A model generated the notes under the pieces. It worked only from the letters and a program-made list of their open reading frames with translations. It made no database searches and was not told where the DNA came from. The position numbers and the translations under genes are program-made. Below, in pieces: positions 14,501-28,700 of a DNA stretch of 64,000 nt; the stretch's first letter is position 1; the number at the start of each line of letters is the position of its first letter. The stretch is from Balanoglossus misakiensis (lineage: Eukaryota; Animalia; Hemichordata). The stretch is taken from assembly GCA_040954595.2 (NCBI GenBank), contig CM082587.2:2881000-2944999 (forward strand), given 5' to 3'.

Positions 14501-17500
14501 TATGAATTATCCCTACTCATCCATGGAATTGTCACCATGGGCAGTCTTTTGAGACTGTAGGCTAACTGATGTATATGGAAGATGGATGGGTCTTTAGGCA
14601 TGAATGAAAATTGCACTGGGCATTTTTCCTCTATTATTAAAGGAGTTCCATTTTGAAAATTGCAACTGAATTAAGACCTGAATGCTACAAAATTGGCTTG
14701 TTGTATAATTACTGTAATGGAAAAAATGACCTCAGAATGTTCACTGAAGTAGCATCATTATATTTTAATATATTTAAGCTATTCAGAATATATATGAACC
14801 TTAATGGGCACAGGTAATAATAACCAGAGAGTTTCTTTGAAGCTAAGGTACTGTCTCATCCTAATCCCTTGGGTGTTCAGTGCATAGGAAAATCGTAGAT
14901 AAGGCTTACATGACTCTGTGTACCGCTGGGGTTTCTCTGTAACATTTAACTCAACGACCTGGTCGTTTTTAATGTTGAAGCATTAATTGCTCAAAATTAC
15001 AGTATACATGCATGTATACAGAGAAGGGGCATCAAGGTGCCATATACCCTCTGCTCGTGGAAATCCCAACCCTTGGTTTAGATATTCCAGGCATGTATAG
15101 TACATGTTTATACCTGCTAGTGATCTCTTTCTGCAGAATTGCATTTGTGAATTCATCTGGAGTCATGTTACTAAGGCACATAGTATGTATCGTGGAGACC
15201 GACATGCAACAAGATTAAACCCCTGCAGATGTTTTTGTCATTTTGATATTTTCCAACAAGGGAAATTCGATTCTGTATTGATCCAGGGGTTTTCTTAACA
15301 CTAATCAATAAGTACCCTGATAGTAAAGTTTCAATTTTATTTTTGTTACTTTGATTACTCGTGCATCAAACAATCAATTCTTTGCTGTATGTTTAAGTTA
15401 AAATTAATATCACCATCACAATACCCAAGCCTGGTGGATTGTACTACATGTACCGTATATCTAAATTACACAACAATTTTCAGACTGAATAACTGTACAC
15501 TGCTTCTTTATACAGTGTTTTTACAGTAGATTTGTTTCAAATTGCAAAATGATGACTAACGACGTGAGCTAACAACTACTGATGCAATAGTTGTTTCTCA
15601 TGTTTTTGTCATTACAACTTGCAAGTCATGTCTATAAACAATTTATATTCTATCTGCATGGTTGCCCCAGCGTGTTGTTCTTCAATAATCTAAGATTACT
15701 TGTGCAATTGGTACGTTCATATTTTGGACATGTTTGGGCTATAATAGTCATCCTGCTGCCAGATATACTGATGAATGTTCTGATCACATTTTGCAATCAT
15801 CAGTATTATGAGAGATAGGTAGGTTTTTAATACTGTCCCTAAAGGAACACATAAATAGAAATTAATCTGCCGACTTGCTATGCATCAGTGCCAACACAGG
15901 TCATGATAAGAGTGTATTGATAGTACGGCTAATGAATACACATCGAAAATGTACAATTGTGCCTTTCGACGTGATGAAATGTGTTGAGGGCGCCTGACAA
16001 ACAACAGACACTTTGAGCACAATTTTTCAAAACTTTTAATTATATTTTCTGTATTTATTCTTTTATTTCAATCTATTGGATCATAGAAATCAGTAAGTAT
16101 GCCTTTTTAATAACTACCCTGGAAGAAGTAAAAATCCCTGTGGGGTATATGTACCTCAGTGTTAATTAAAATGCCATGGGGAAATAACAGGTGTAATACT
16201 TATTGGGCTTTCATTAATCTTTGTTTCGCAAAATACTTCATACAAGCTCTTCAGAAAGCATACAAAGTAATTTGGTGGTGGTATAAATTTCATCTAGCTG
16301 TATTTTTTCTCCAATCCAATTTTTCCAATCTTATTATATTAATACAAGTTTAATACAAGTTGAAATGCATTTCCCTTGTGATGATCATCTCACTGTTATA
16401 TCACTATTACTTAATTCTCTCTCAATTGCAGTTATAATTTCACTTGCAGTCATTCAAGTAATGTGAAAACAGCATCTGTACTGCACAGATTGCAGATAAA
16501 GGCTGTGGAGTTCTGTCAGAATATTGAACAAAAATAAACAGACATTACCTATAAATAAATGGTTGAGTGGGGTACTTATGGTTCTATAATTGGGACTTTT
16601 CATTTTTCCCATATGGTCAAACTACACGCAAGTACATTTGCCTGCAGAGTTTTATTCCAGACCTATGTTTTCTGTGATATATCTAACTAATGAGGTTGCC
16701 CCAATGTGATTTACTTAATGACATACTTTTAATATGGTATTATATTAACAGATTGATCATTTATGGGATTGCTGTCTCTCAAGAGTCATACTTAATGCTT
16801 TTACATGTACTAATTCTTAATTTTAAATTATGTTTATGTTTAATAATGATAAAAAATAAGTTATTCTTCTCCTGTTGAACATTAATCTGCATTGGTTAAT
16901 TATAATATCACAGGTAACTGTTTGACCCTTGATTCCCTTCTATTTGCTCAACACATACACTGTACATGCATTCAGCAAGATGAACGAAAAGCAAAAGAAA
17001 ACCCACAGAGAGCCCATCACACAGTATCCAAGTCCAGTATTCAGCAGTATGTATTTCACCGGCAAGACTGGTGATCTCATTTAATACTCATTCAGTCTAC
17101 AAAATTGCCTGTGGCAAGTCGCTTGTCATAAACATCCAGTAAATTCTATATCAATAATTCAATGAATTCACATTCATCCTTTTCTGTAATAAGTGACTTA
17201 TATATTGAGAGACAGACTGCTTGGTTCCAGGCATATTTTTCACAAGAGGCGATGAATATTGCCCAGCATAGCAATTGCACTAGTGTGATGTATTTATCTC
17301 CTTGAGTGAACAGAATTGGTTAGTCTAATAATCACATTTATCAGAGTTGGTTTGGGTTAACCTTTTCACCAATCATGACTGGATACATATAATGTGAAAT
17401 GTACTCTGAAGATGGTGATTATAGATTGGGGCCATGTTGGTGCCCTGGAAACATGGTGGCTCTGCAGGAATTTGCTATTTTCAAAGCCTAGATTTTCACG

Positions 17501-20143
17501 ATTGTCACTCATATGGAAGAAATACAGAGATGTTGTATGTCATGTGTTGTGACAAATAAATCTTGCCTATTGCTAATCCAGTCATGTGCATGTATCCCTT
17601 TTCAAAGGATTAGCAACGTCCAGAAGGAAATCCAAGCTAATGCTGTATTCTGTCTGTTGCATCCAATTTGCATCTGGTCATGTATCAGTTTGGATATTGT
17701 CTATAACATTGTATCATAAAAAGCAATTTCACTTCCAAATCAAAAGTTAATGTGTGCTAATAGCAGATGCACTATAAACATTAAGATAACAAATTCCATT
17801 AACAGTGTTTTCGGGTGTTTTTTCTGAGATTATGGATAATTTCAACGAGGGGAAAATTTGAAGACTATACAAATTGAATGTCTGTGTAACAGTAGCATTA
17901 GGGACATGTTTATATGCAAGTCTGAAAATCTATAATGCTGATGGGAGATGGCTGATAAAAAAACAGGCAGATCAGGTGTCTCGTTGATCTCTTCAGTGAA
18001 ATGCAGATCTCTCGCTAACAGTCATATATCCACAGTGAAGTCTGCTGCAAGGTAATTTCTGCCCATTAGGAGCCCCCGAATGCAGCCAATCTGCTCATGA
18101 GAATTTGTGCAGTTGGTCTTCGAATGCTGTTCATTAATCATATAACATGGCTATTACTGTGGGTGTTATCAGTTTGTAGCCTGCGTTCGAAACGTGATTT
18201 CTTCATGTTAACGCTGGATCGTGTGGAACATTATAGAACAGCGTGTAGTTATATACTGCTACTGAACTTCAGGCACCTGTCCTCATGTCATTACCAATGG
18301 AGTATATGAAAAAGAAGTATAGTGATGGAAGGTGAGAGCTTACGTTGTTGGTCTGTGATCCTTGACAAATATCTTTTAATCAAAACTGTTCGTTTAGTAC
18401 TGACATGTACTTCCAGATGGTTCTGTGTGTGGTTGTTGTGATCGGCTTTTAAATTATCGTTTCATTTCTGACTGAAAACTTGAGGTTTAACCACAGTGCT
18501 CCTAAACATCCATAATTGAAGAAGGTTAGAAAGGGTTAGTGGATTTGTTAATATGTAAGCCTGCATTGCATCAACTTCTGACAAACTTGTTTACTTTTGA
18601 GCTCCTACTAAATTCAAGACGGTAATGGACCACTCGCTCCCGATCGATAATGGGAGGTTGATGCTTCCAATGCATATCCATGTCTGTCTTTCCAGTATCA
18701 AATCAGGTTATATATTTACCTTCACAGGCAATGTTTGATTTAACCGTCCGACGTTATAAATGTCATGCTGCTACAAAAGACAACCGACTGTTATAACTAA
18801 TGCCTCAGGCTGCTGTCGTCGTAGGATTGCTTGTACTTCAAATGGACATCATAACCTTAGAATGAGTAATTGCCCGTGGCTTTACCATTAAATACTAGAG
18901 AGAGAGAGACAATCTGATTGCATAGGTTATAAAAGTTGTTATCCTATATAGGTGTAGCTATATAACGTCCAATCCAATGCTACATAAACATCTATTACTC
19001 AGTCTGTGCCAGTTTTGATAGTTAGTGCATGAGATGTTAAATCTTGTTGCAGAGAATATGTGCCTGTCATAATATGTTAGGATGTAAAAAAAGTAATTAT
19101 CTTGCCAACCTGCATGATATCAGTTTTTTTATGTGCATAATCGCCCATCCCATGTATCAACAATATCAGGGGGCATTTCTTATATTGCCCCAGGAGATTT
19201 GGAACATTCCAAGGATAAGTCCAGGTGGATGATTGAGTCATCATGTAGGCACTATAGCAGGCATTCAAATTAACCGTATAAATTTATTCCTCATGTCTGC
19301 ATATTGAAGATTAGTAATGTATTACAAGTGATTTTTCTGAAAACTAAACTGGACTCAACAAATTAACAAATAATTTAAAGACATGGTTAAATGCTGCATT
19401 GTTTTAATCTTAGTTTCCTCATGCCTAACATCTTGTTCTCCAAGTCGACGTGTTAAAATTCCACCTCAAGTTTCTGTTTATCAGTTTTAAAAAAACTGAG
19501 AATTTTTACTTGTTTTAGGACATTTAGCGATGTAACATCTGTGCAAACACAAACAAGTGCTTCATTAATAAATTACAGAATGAAAGGCCTGTATTATGCA
19601 CAATACGGTAATGTAGCATTATCGAAATATTCTATGTGATACGGTTCGGACAGGATGAATTTACTACCTGCATTTCCCGAATGACTTTGTAATCCTTGTG
19701 CTTTTACGACCTCATGACTAGGGGTGTGGTCGTTTCTGCTGATCTAAGATGACGTATCACATCACATATTATATTGCCGCCTTTGAAATCTTCTTTTGTG
19801 AAAAACACAGAGCTTTGCTGGTAGTTGAAAGTTATATTTACATTGTGTACATTATTTTAAATGATGAAGTATATAAAAAAGATCTGTCTCTCATTTAAAT
19901 TGCCCTCATTATTATGGAATTGGTCCTCCAACAGAACAACTAAACATGCTCACATTGTTAGCTGTGTGTCATGTGAGATAATATATGTACACCTAATCAA
20001 CATATACAAGTATGTCTAAAAATAACGGCGCGTGCATGCATATTTTGTATTTCTGTGATGGGACTATCGAGGATACACATCGCCGTACAGGAATTTGCCT
20101 TTAGATCTTTTCATGAGGCAGAAAGCTGAATGTTAGTTCTAAA

Positions 20144-20181
20144 ATGGATATTCTGGGTCCAGAGGCCTGGTATCATAACAG
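20144..20181 (+). CDS. Probable first (or upstream) coding exon of the Slo2/KCNT gene
   Basis: aaaATGG context; encodes MDILGPEAWYHN + AG|gtattt (phase 2), which joins exon 22758 in frame as ...WYHNR-VRVEFY. Resembles the remembered vertebrate KCNT segment DLLLGDxxWQNDDR-VQVEFY. In-frame TGA upstream at 20114-20116. Confidence 0.6.
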
Positions 20182-22757
20182 GTATTTTGCTTTGATGTGA
20201 TCAAAATATTTTTTTTGAAACTTTTCCTCTTGTGGAGACATTTCAGTTTATGTTATTCTGATATTGTGTATCGTTACTCAGTGACGTGTATGGTGTATAC
20301 GATAATGTGAAGGTTAACAGTTGACTGTGAATATTTGTTCATGCCTTTTGCTATTTCCGAGTAAGAGAAGGTTGTTCTGGCGTGGTATCATGTTTCATTC
20401 CTGTATTCCCTTTGTTCCACCAATTTGATATGTTTGGCTCTGCAATGACTTTGTGAGATGTGTTTTTTGTACAGTCAACGTAATGGGAATCGTTCCGTTT
20501 CCTGTTGCCACAGCAACGATGGTACTTCATTGTGATATTGAATGGTCTGATCAAGCCACATCTGTGTTCATGTTCAGATGGTGCCATTTTGCATCTGAAG
20601 ATCATGTTTTATTGAATGCTTCTATTTAAGCTAAATGTATTACTTGTTGATGACATTCTGACATATTTCAACATCGCGCAGATATGTATTTTTGTCATCC
20701 AGCTTGACTGGTAGCCGAGAGTAATCTATAGCTTCCTCTCATATTTGAAGCATTTGAGATATGCAGACTTTTTTATTCCCGAGAGCATGCAGCTGCACTG
20801 TACCTGCATTTCAGTGTTTGCAATTAGAAGGCAGAGTGACCCCCATTAACCCAAAACAGTTGCTGTTCAAGCAGCAAATTAACGTGTTCGCTCTGTAGCC
20901 AATGATTCCGCTACATCCTGCAGTCATTATTGCTCTCTTTGTCATGTACTGTATCCTGCCCAGAATGTCTGACACAGGCGCTCAAGTGTTTATCGGCAAG
21001 AAATTCAACGAACGCAATTTTCGTTTTCAGTAAAATTCTGAAGGTATACAGCTGAGCTGACATTGAATGGAACTGTGGAGTACACTCATGCATTCAGTTG
21101 GCCTTGATCTCTCAATTTAGCACCGCGGGTTCTTGTGATACTCCAGCCTGTTTTGGGCAATTTGAATGCTGATTCATACATATAAGAACGGATGTGAAAG
21201 AACATCAAATGAGTCTATCATGGATTTATGAGGCTACCTGGTGTGAAGCTATCAGAAAGAAAATGTTTTTAGACAGAATACATGTATATTAATAAATATG
21301 GTGTGGTGACAATTAAGCTGAGCTGAACCTTGAAATTAAGCCAGTATTTGTATAAAAATATTGAATACAGACAACATATGCACAGATGTGTGCAATAAAG
21401 TCATATGTCATTAGGTGTACATGTAACAGTTTGTGTAACTGCTCTGATGGAAATGTTTGTCTAGTAATGTAATATTCATAAAATATCTTTCATAATTCAA
21501 AATTATAATTCATGAGAAAATAAACTCTGCCTTCCCCAACACAAAACATCAAGCTCAGTGTGAGAACCTGCAAATTTCAACACACTCAAATCAAATGAGC
21601 AACATCTGCTGATCATGATTGCTGCCTTTAACCACAGCAATAAACAGTTAATCAGCATTTAAAACTGGATGATTATTTACTGTCAGTGCAGGATTTAATG
21701 TACCTCCGGTACTCCAAATTACTCTGTGCGACCGCCACACTGATTAGGACTCATATCCACGGGCAGTGACTGTATTGCAGTAATTTAAGAAAATCAACAC
21801 TGTACATAGAGAAGTTGTTTATCAGGTTACTTGAAAGATGGTTGATGACCTCTGTAGTCCTATTCAATATTTAGAATACATGTATCTTCTTTGTGTGGGA
21901 ATGCAATAGAATTTTGGTGCTGTAGAATAGAAAATGTCATGATGATCATGAGGTCCATTCTGTATGTAGCGTGAGGATGGGTACATTGCATGTATCTGCA
22001 TACGTGTACCGTATGTCTAAACATAAAGAAATTTATGACATGAATTTCATATTTATTTGTGTGTGCGTGTGTATATTTTTGTTCAGATAATGTTGAATAA
22101 ATTTTAAAAGCCTCTCTGTCAAAAGAGTGGCACGTACGCTATGTAGGCCTCCCTGTGTAGAAGTACATGTATGTACATGTATGTATCACTTGTGAGTTTG
22201 CATCTTCCTGAGAAATTGAGACATGCATTGCATATGAAATGAGTGATGAGAGAAATTGAGAGGCTTTTAGTAGCTTTAGAAAATGTCAGGTTTGTGTATA
22301 ATAAAACATAGTTCATTGAGACACGTATGCAGAAGGATGACCTGAATGTTACGAACTGCTCATTTGTATGATCTATCTATCGTGTTCAGATGGAGTTGCC
22401 CAGAGGTTATGTACTGCTGATATTGCCATGACTTCCCTCTCTGAATTGGAGTGGAAGTCATCAGTAGATGGCTTTTCTAATAATCTGATCACTTTGTAAC
22501 GTCGGGTCAACATGATCAAACAGTTGGCGAGGACTGCATATTGAGCTTGAACAAAAATCAAACATTTGAATTGGCATGATTGGTCAAGTTACTTGTAATT
22601 TATATCAAACAATTTTGCAAGACTGGTGATTGGACGTCAGGCCATTAGAAACTTAATTGCAGTCACCTTCATCAGCTTGACTTTTTGCAAGACTCGGTTA
22701 TTATTAGTATGAAACATCTGAAAATCAACATAATTCTTGTGTCTGTTTGACTTTCAG

Positions 22758-25700
22758 GGTGCGGGTGGAATTCTACATCAATGAAAGATCCTTCAAGGAG
22801 AGACTACAGCTTTATTTTATCAAAAACCAAAGATCAAGTAAGTGTCCAAGTGAAATTTAATGTGTGATTCATAATAAAATTACAAAGATATTGTATGCAA
22901 CAAACACAATCATGCTGTCAAGTTTCATGGTATTCATCAATCAGGACACAATTACTCCAATTTTATATCATACGTACAAACTTAGTTGAATGTTAACACT
23001 AAACCAAGTTTTTTTTGTAATTTTCATTGCAGGTTTACGCATAAGGGTTTTCAATTTCTTTCTTATGGCCGTATCATGTACGCTTTACTGTGTCAGAGTA
23101 ATTTTAGATGATCACACCAAAGCCGCTTGGTAAGATAATAAATTTACATTGTGAATTATTGTTGGAGTTGTTTGTACCATCAATAAATTTTCCCTGTACG
23201 TTTCCAGATTTATTGCATGGTTTTCAGTCCTTCATCAGCTCATAGTGTTGATCTTCATACTCCTACTTTGAATATCAACTGAACCGTTTTCTTACTTTTC
23301 AGCCATGGATGCACACAACATGTTTTCAGCAACACAACAGAGAATTGGTGAGTCAGATACTTAAGTCTGTCATATCCTCTATACACAAACAGCTATCATC
23401 ACCAGCAAACATGTCATTTTACTTTAATATCACTAGTGGACAAAAAATATCCCAGGTTCTATGACACATTTTAACAAACACAATCAGTCAGCCAATACAA
23501 CAGATCATTATTTTATGCTCTATTTAACCATGACCGATTTGCTTGACTTTGCAGGTGGGGTCTTCTCTGGGTTCACCGACCAGTCTGGCTGTGGGCTCTG
23601 CAAGTTACAATTGCCTTCATTATGCTTTTTCAAACATTACTCATGTTGTATCTTCAACACAAGGTATAACTATATAATCATCTTGCGGAATTATTTGAAT
23701 TATGTATTTCATATGGTAGTAGCTGGCACCTCTGGGAGTGACTTTCAGAAAAAATGATCGTCCTCCAAACATTCCATATCATTCAAATCTTCACTGTATT
23801 AATATTTAATATTTGCATTCTCATGTTCACCAACAGGGAAATATATGCCAACAGTTGATGAGTATCACCCGTATGCTTGAATTTTTAAATACTATCCCGT
23901 TTATAATAACTGTAAGTATGTTCTTAATATTCATTAGAAATAAGCTTTCTGAAGTCATGACGTCATTTGCCGTCAATACTATTAGCCTTTGAAAAGGTTG
24001 AGACATATAATAATGGCTTCAGGTGTATTCCTGGTAAGAGATTATGAAATTTTCACCAGGAAAAAAAGGAGCTGACAAGCAGAAGTGATGAATTGCCAAT
24101 TTGCTGGGTAACCGTCGACTACCTTCAGAAAAATGTTTTTGTACCTTAACCCACCAAAAATCTAATTATGAATTATCGCACAACTTTGCCACTTGAAAGG
24201 GGCTGCCATACTTCACAATGTCTTTTATCGTAATGGATTGCAATTTGTAAGACAGTTTTACCATTTATACTTGTCCATTAATGTCTTGGGATTAAAGTAA
24301 ACCACATGTACATGGGTGTTTGCAGTATTTCAGACTTGCTAAATGCACACTTGTAATATACAGTAATATGGTGTGTATGCAGTGAAGTAATGTTGTCAAG
24401 GAAAATTACATCGCCTATTTGTGTTAGAGTTGCGTAGTGGAAGTTTTTCACACAGCCTAATATTTATGACACAATTGGTCAATATCAGTTCATCAATTAC
24501 CCAAGTGGCTGACACCTGAGCAAACATGCTTAATTTGATTTTAAATTACTTTTGTCTGCTGATTGATTTCACAGATTTTCTGGGCTCCGCTGAGAAACCT
24601 GTTTATACCCGTGTTCCTGAACTGCTGGCTGGCTCATTCTATTTTGAAAAATATGTTGGTAGGTGGTTTAATTTATGAACGATACTAAAGCTGTCGTCGT
24701 TATTCACAGAGCAGGCACCTGCACAAATGTAACACTTGTAAATTACACATACATGTATCAGGCCACACGTAGATGTAAACCTACATACATTAATAGAGTG
24801 ACATAATTGCATAAGTAATTACCACTAGAATAGTGTATCACTAATTGTTTTGAGAGGATCCAGATCATCATGAACAACTGTCCATATACTTTGTAGGGGA
24901 ACATTCTGAATATTCAGTTGTACAATATGTCAAACATGCGAATGTTTATTGGCATGGTGAGATTTTATACGCTAACACTGTACATTTCCTTGCATTAACT
25001 AACATTTACACATCAGATAAAGCTGGCTTGAACATGATAAAATCTTAATGTATTATGTTTTGGATGATTCTGTCAGTAGATACATATCACTGATATAAAT
25101 ATATTCCATTTCTCATGAATTCCTTATCTGCCCACCACATGATACTATGACATTACAAAGTTCAGAAAATATCCAATTTAACCGATTTTGAACAGACTTA
25201 CTAGCGTCCAAGTGTTCCCAGTTTAATAACAGACTGCCAAATTTGCTAAAATGTTAAAAATGTTTCAAACAATTCAACATTAAAATATTAGAAACGATCA
25301 AATTTGTTATATTAAATAACAATTTTAACTATTGTATATCATATGTGCATGCAGATTCCGTCAGTGTGCCAAATATTAGCAATTTCAGTTCGTCTAAGAA
25401 ATTCATGTAGAGCTACACTTAGAGACATTTATGTCTTTTCTCACGTACAATGAAATGCCTCAGCTTAATTTGGATATTAAAAATTGAGAGAGACTGCTGA
25501 GCCTTTAAACCCCTTGACACAACATTTCGCTTTATAACGCTCTTTATGAAACTAATCACCCTCCAGTGCTTGATAATACATTGCGCATTCAGAAGCCTGG
25601 CTTTCTGTCAAGATATTCAAAAGCTAATTAATTAGAAATCCAAGTGTTTGGTGCTTTCTGCTTGCACTGGGTGTGATACTAACAGTGTATTCAGTAATCG

Positions 25701-28700
25701 TGCTGGTTTTGTCTGTCCTGAAGCTGTGTTATAATATCCCATGCTGTAACCATGCTTTTTGCTGTGCAACTCTACACTCTAACATTGACATTGCAGAATG
25801 ATCTGAACCGAGCACTACAGAAGATACAAACAGCCTTTTCACAACAAGTCATTATATTGTGCTCCATGCTTCTCTGTTTGATTTTCACAAGGTGAGACCC
25901 TGTTGTCATGACAACCCTGCCCTGGATACTTGAGTGCCAGTGATGTGAATATGCACATGCTCATGACGAAATGACAGAATTTGGGGGTTTTATGCCTATA
26001 ACTCATTATGTACAATTTAACTCATCATGTACTATTTTAAATAAAAAATTCAAAATTTAGTTTGCATATCATTGATGAGATAATATTCCACATTTTGGCA
26101 CTCAATTGATCCAGGACATACGACCAGAAGTATTTTCACTGTACTTTCCACCCCCATCTATTTTTTTTCTCTCTCTCCAATTTTGTATGCATGCAGAATG
26201 ACCTCAATCGTGCATTGCATAAGGCCCAGTCTGCCATCTCCAAGTTACTCATAATCCTCTGTTCCACTCTTGTATGTCTGGCTTTCACCAGGTGAGGTGG
26301 ATTTCTTTGTGAATCAGAGCAACATTGCTCGTTTCATGTCATGTTTTTTTTTTTTGCATTACATGTATTTTCAATAAACTATGTTAATGTGTTGTTTGGC
26401 CGGAAAGTTTGAGTATTAACTGATGAATATTGTGTCATTGCTGTACAGCATTTGTGGTGTTGAACACCTGGAAAGAGCTGCACCTGGTGATGCTGATAAG
26501 ATGAATCTGTTTGAAGCCTCCTATTTTGTTATTGTGACATTCTCCACCGTCGGGTATGGTGACATCCAAGTCAACGTGTGGCCATCCCAACTGTTTGTAG
26601 CCATTATGATCATAGCGGCACTCGTTGTCATTCCCATTCAGGTATGCCACATTAAAATATTTGCTGATGTTCTTTAGCATTCTGTAGCCGTAGATGCTTC
26701 TATAGAATTCAATAGAAAAAGGGTCCAAAACTATATAGAAATCTATAGATGTCATATAGTTGTCTACATATCTTTTGAAATGCACACTGACTCTCAACTT
26801 GAACCAGGTCTGCTTCACTCTCTGACAGAAGACCTCCTTTGAGTTAAAGTGAGGCACATTTCCTATGATACTCGTATATTTTATTGCACTACACAGTTAG
26901 AACAGCTGGCGTTTTATCTGCTGGAGAGACAGAAGCAAGGAGCCAGTTACAGTAAACACCGAGCTGCCAGTGAGAAACATGTGGTGGTCTGTGCCACTGT
27001 TATCCAAGCTGATCTCATCATGGATTTCCTCAATGAGTTTTATGCCCATTCCCATCTGCAGGTAAATGGATAAATTTGACCAGTAGTCACCAGTTTATCA
27101 ACACACTTTATATAAATGTCACGAATTTAGACCTACAGACGACATGATGAGCATCTTTCTTGACTCAATAAAAAAAATGAAAGAATGTTAGAGTTTCAGA
27201 GATTAGAAGGAATAAAAATGGATTAACTTTCAACCAAATTGTTAAATTCCATCCTTCTTTTTTCCACTTTCAGGATTATTTCGTGGTCCTGCTGTCACCA
27301 GTTGAACTGGACAATACAATGAGGCTTTTGTTACAGATTCCTATTTGGTCTCAGAGAGTTATCTATGTCCAAGGATCAGCACTCAGAGACCAAGATTTGC
27401 AGAGAGTCAGGTAATTGTCATAAGCTCTTAAACTTGGCTATGAAGTACTTCTCGGATTTAAGAAAGACAGCCTCTATGCTGTTGAACTATCTCTTCAAGG
27501 ATATAGGAATTAATGTTCTTTAAAGCAGTAATTGTTCTCACGTCGATGGTCAATAGATCCAATACTGTACATACTTTTATCGCTCCTGGGTGATCAGACA
27601 TCTACCGGTAATTGGCAGTAAAGCTATTTCATTAACTCATACTGATGGAGTTCCTAGGATATGTTTATCGCTTTGTCCGGTTGTCAACACCACCTCATCA
27701 AATTTAAAACTGGCTTTAACTTTTGTGAATTGACAGGATGGATGACGCAGAAGCCTGTTTTATATTGTCTCCCCGAAATGTCATGGACCGACACGAAGCA
27801 GTAAGTAGTTCTGATTAAACTGCTTGTGATCACGTCACTTTAGCATGAATGCCTCTCGTAATACTGCATACTGTTCACTTAATCTGGTCTGTCTAGCATG
27901 TCTGGGTATCTTTTCAGGGACATGCCTCCTGTATGCTTCTCAAGAACTGGCCAATTTCCGCTGTCAGACTTTATAATCTAGTGTAGGCTTGATATTTCAT
28001 CCCTAGCTGTGTAAACCAGTACTATTTCTCCCTGTGGCTTTATTGATTGCATGCAGCTACTGCACATGTAGCTCGTACAGAAACGCCCAGGGGGTTATTT
28101 CGTGGCCAGATTGCCACGTTTATGTCTCTAATCAGAATTTCCATTAGAGTGATAATGACTTCAATCGTGTTGAAAGAATTCTAAAAGTGTTCATTAACTG
28201 CGACTTCATTGCTTATGCAGGTAAGTGTCACTGCAGGCATTTTAAAAGCGAGAAATTACATCACCCATCCTGGGTATGCAAAAGCGATTCAGTTTACTTC
28301 TTGTACATGTGTGAAAATTGGAGGAAAACTCCTCATTTGATAGTCTGTTGTCGCAATGAACAGAATGTAATTTTATGTTAGAGAACAGGTACGTCTTGAT
28401 GTATGTGAGATATGGCTTGATAATGTAGCATGTGGAATGTCATTTATAAAATAAGTACTATGTTACTATGTACTTGCTCATGCAGTTAGTTTTTAGTGTC
28501 TGACAATATGAATATTTTTGAGGTGACTGAGTTATGTTCTTAAAAAGTGATGGTCAATGTGAATGGTAATTGGAAGATCTTACTATAGTCCCTCCGCACC
28601 CCACCCCCAGAAACATTGATCTATTATAACTCTCATTGGTTTCCCTAAACTTCTGGCACCCAGGCCCATCAACCTGCCAAGTGTGTGACTCAGTAGGGCC

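Noticed and set aside
14794-14813. Another ATG-to-phase-2 donor segment (MNLNGHR, AG|gtaata)
   Set aside because: Very short with poor start context; it illustrates the chance rate of such candidates.
869-22561. Dozens of 60-120 aa ORFs in the first 22 kb
   Set aside because: Random-looking composition, many non-ATG starts, no recognisable domain and no transposase or reverse-transcriptase motifs; consistent with intronic or upstream non-coding DNA.
26551-26590. Pore sequence GYGDIQV lacks the Pro of the usual GYGDxxP
   Set aside because: Slo-family channels tolerate non-Pro here (Slo1 reads GYGDVYA) and the selectivity filter itself is canonical.
28148-28220. Segment ending in a strong donor (GCAG|gtaagt) with the same 0-1 phase as KCNT exon 32200-32308
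   Set aside because: Only 73 nt versus 109, weak acceptor, and peptide [24 protein letters not shown] lacks convincing similarity to the conserved RCK1 exon.
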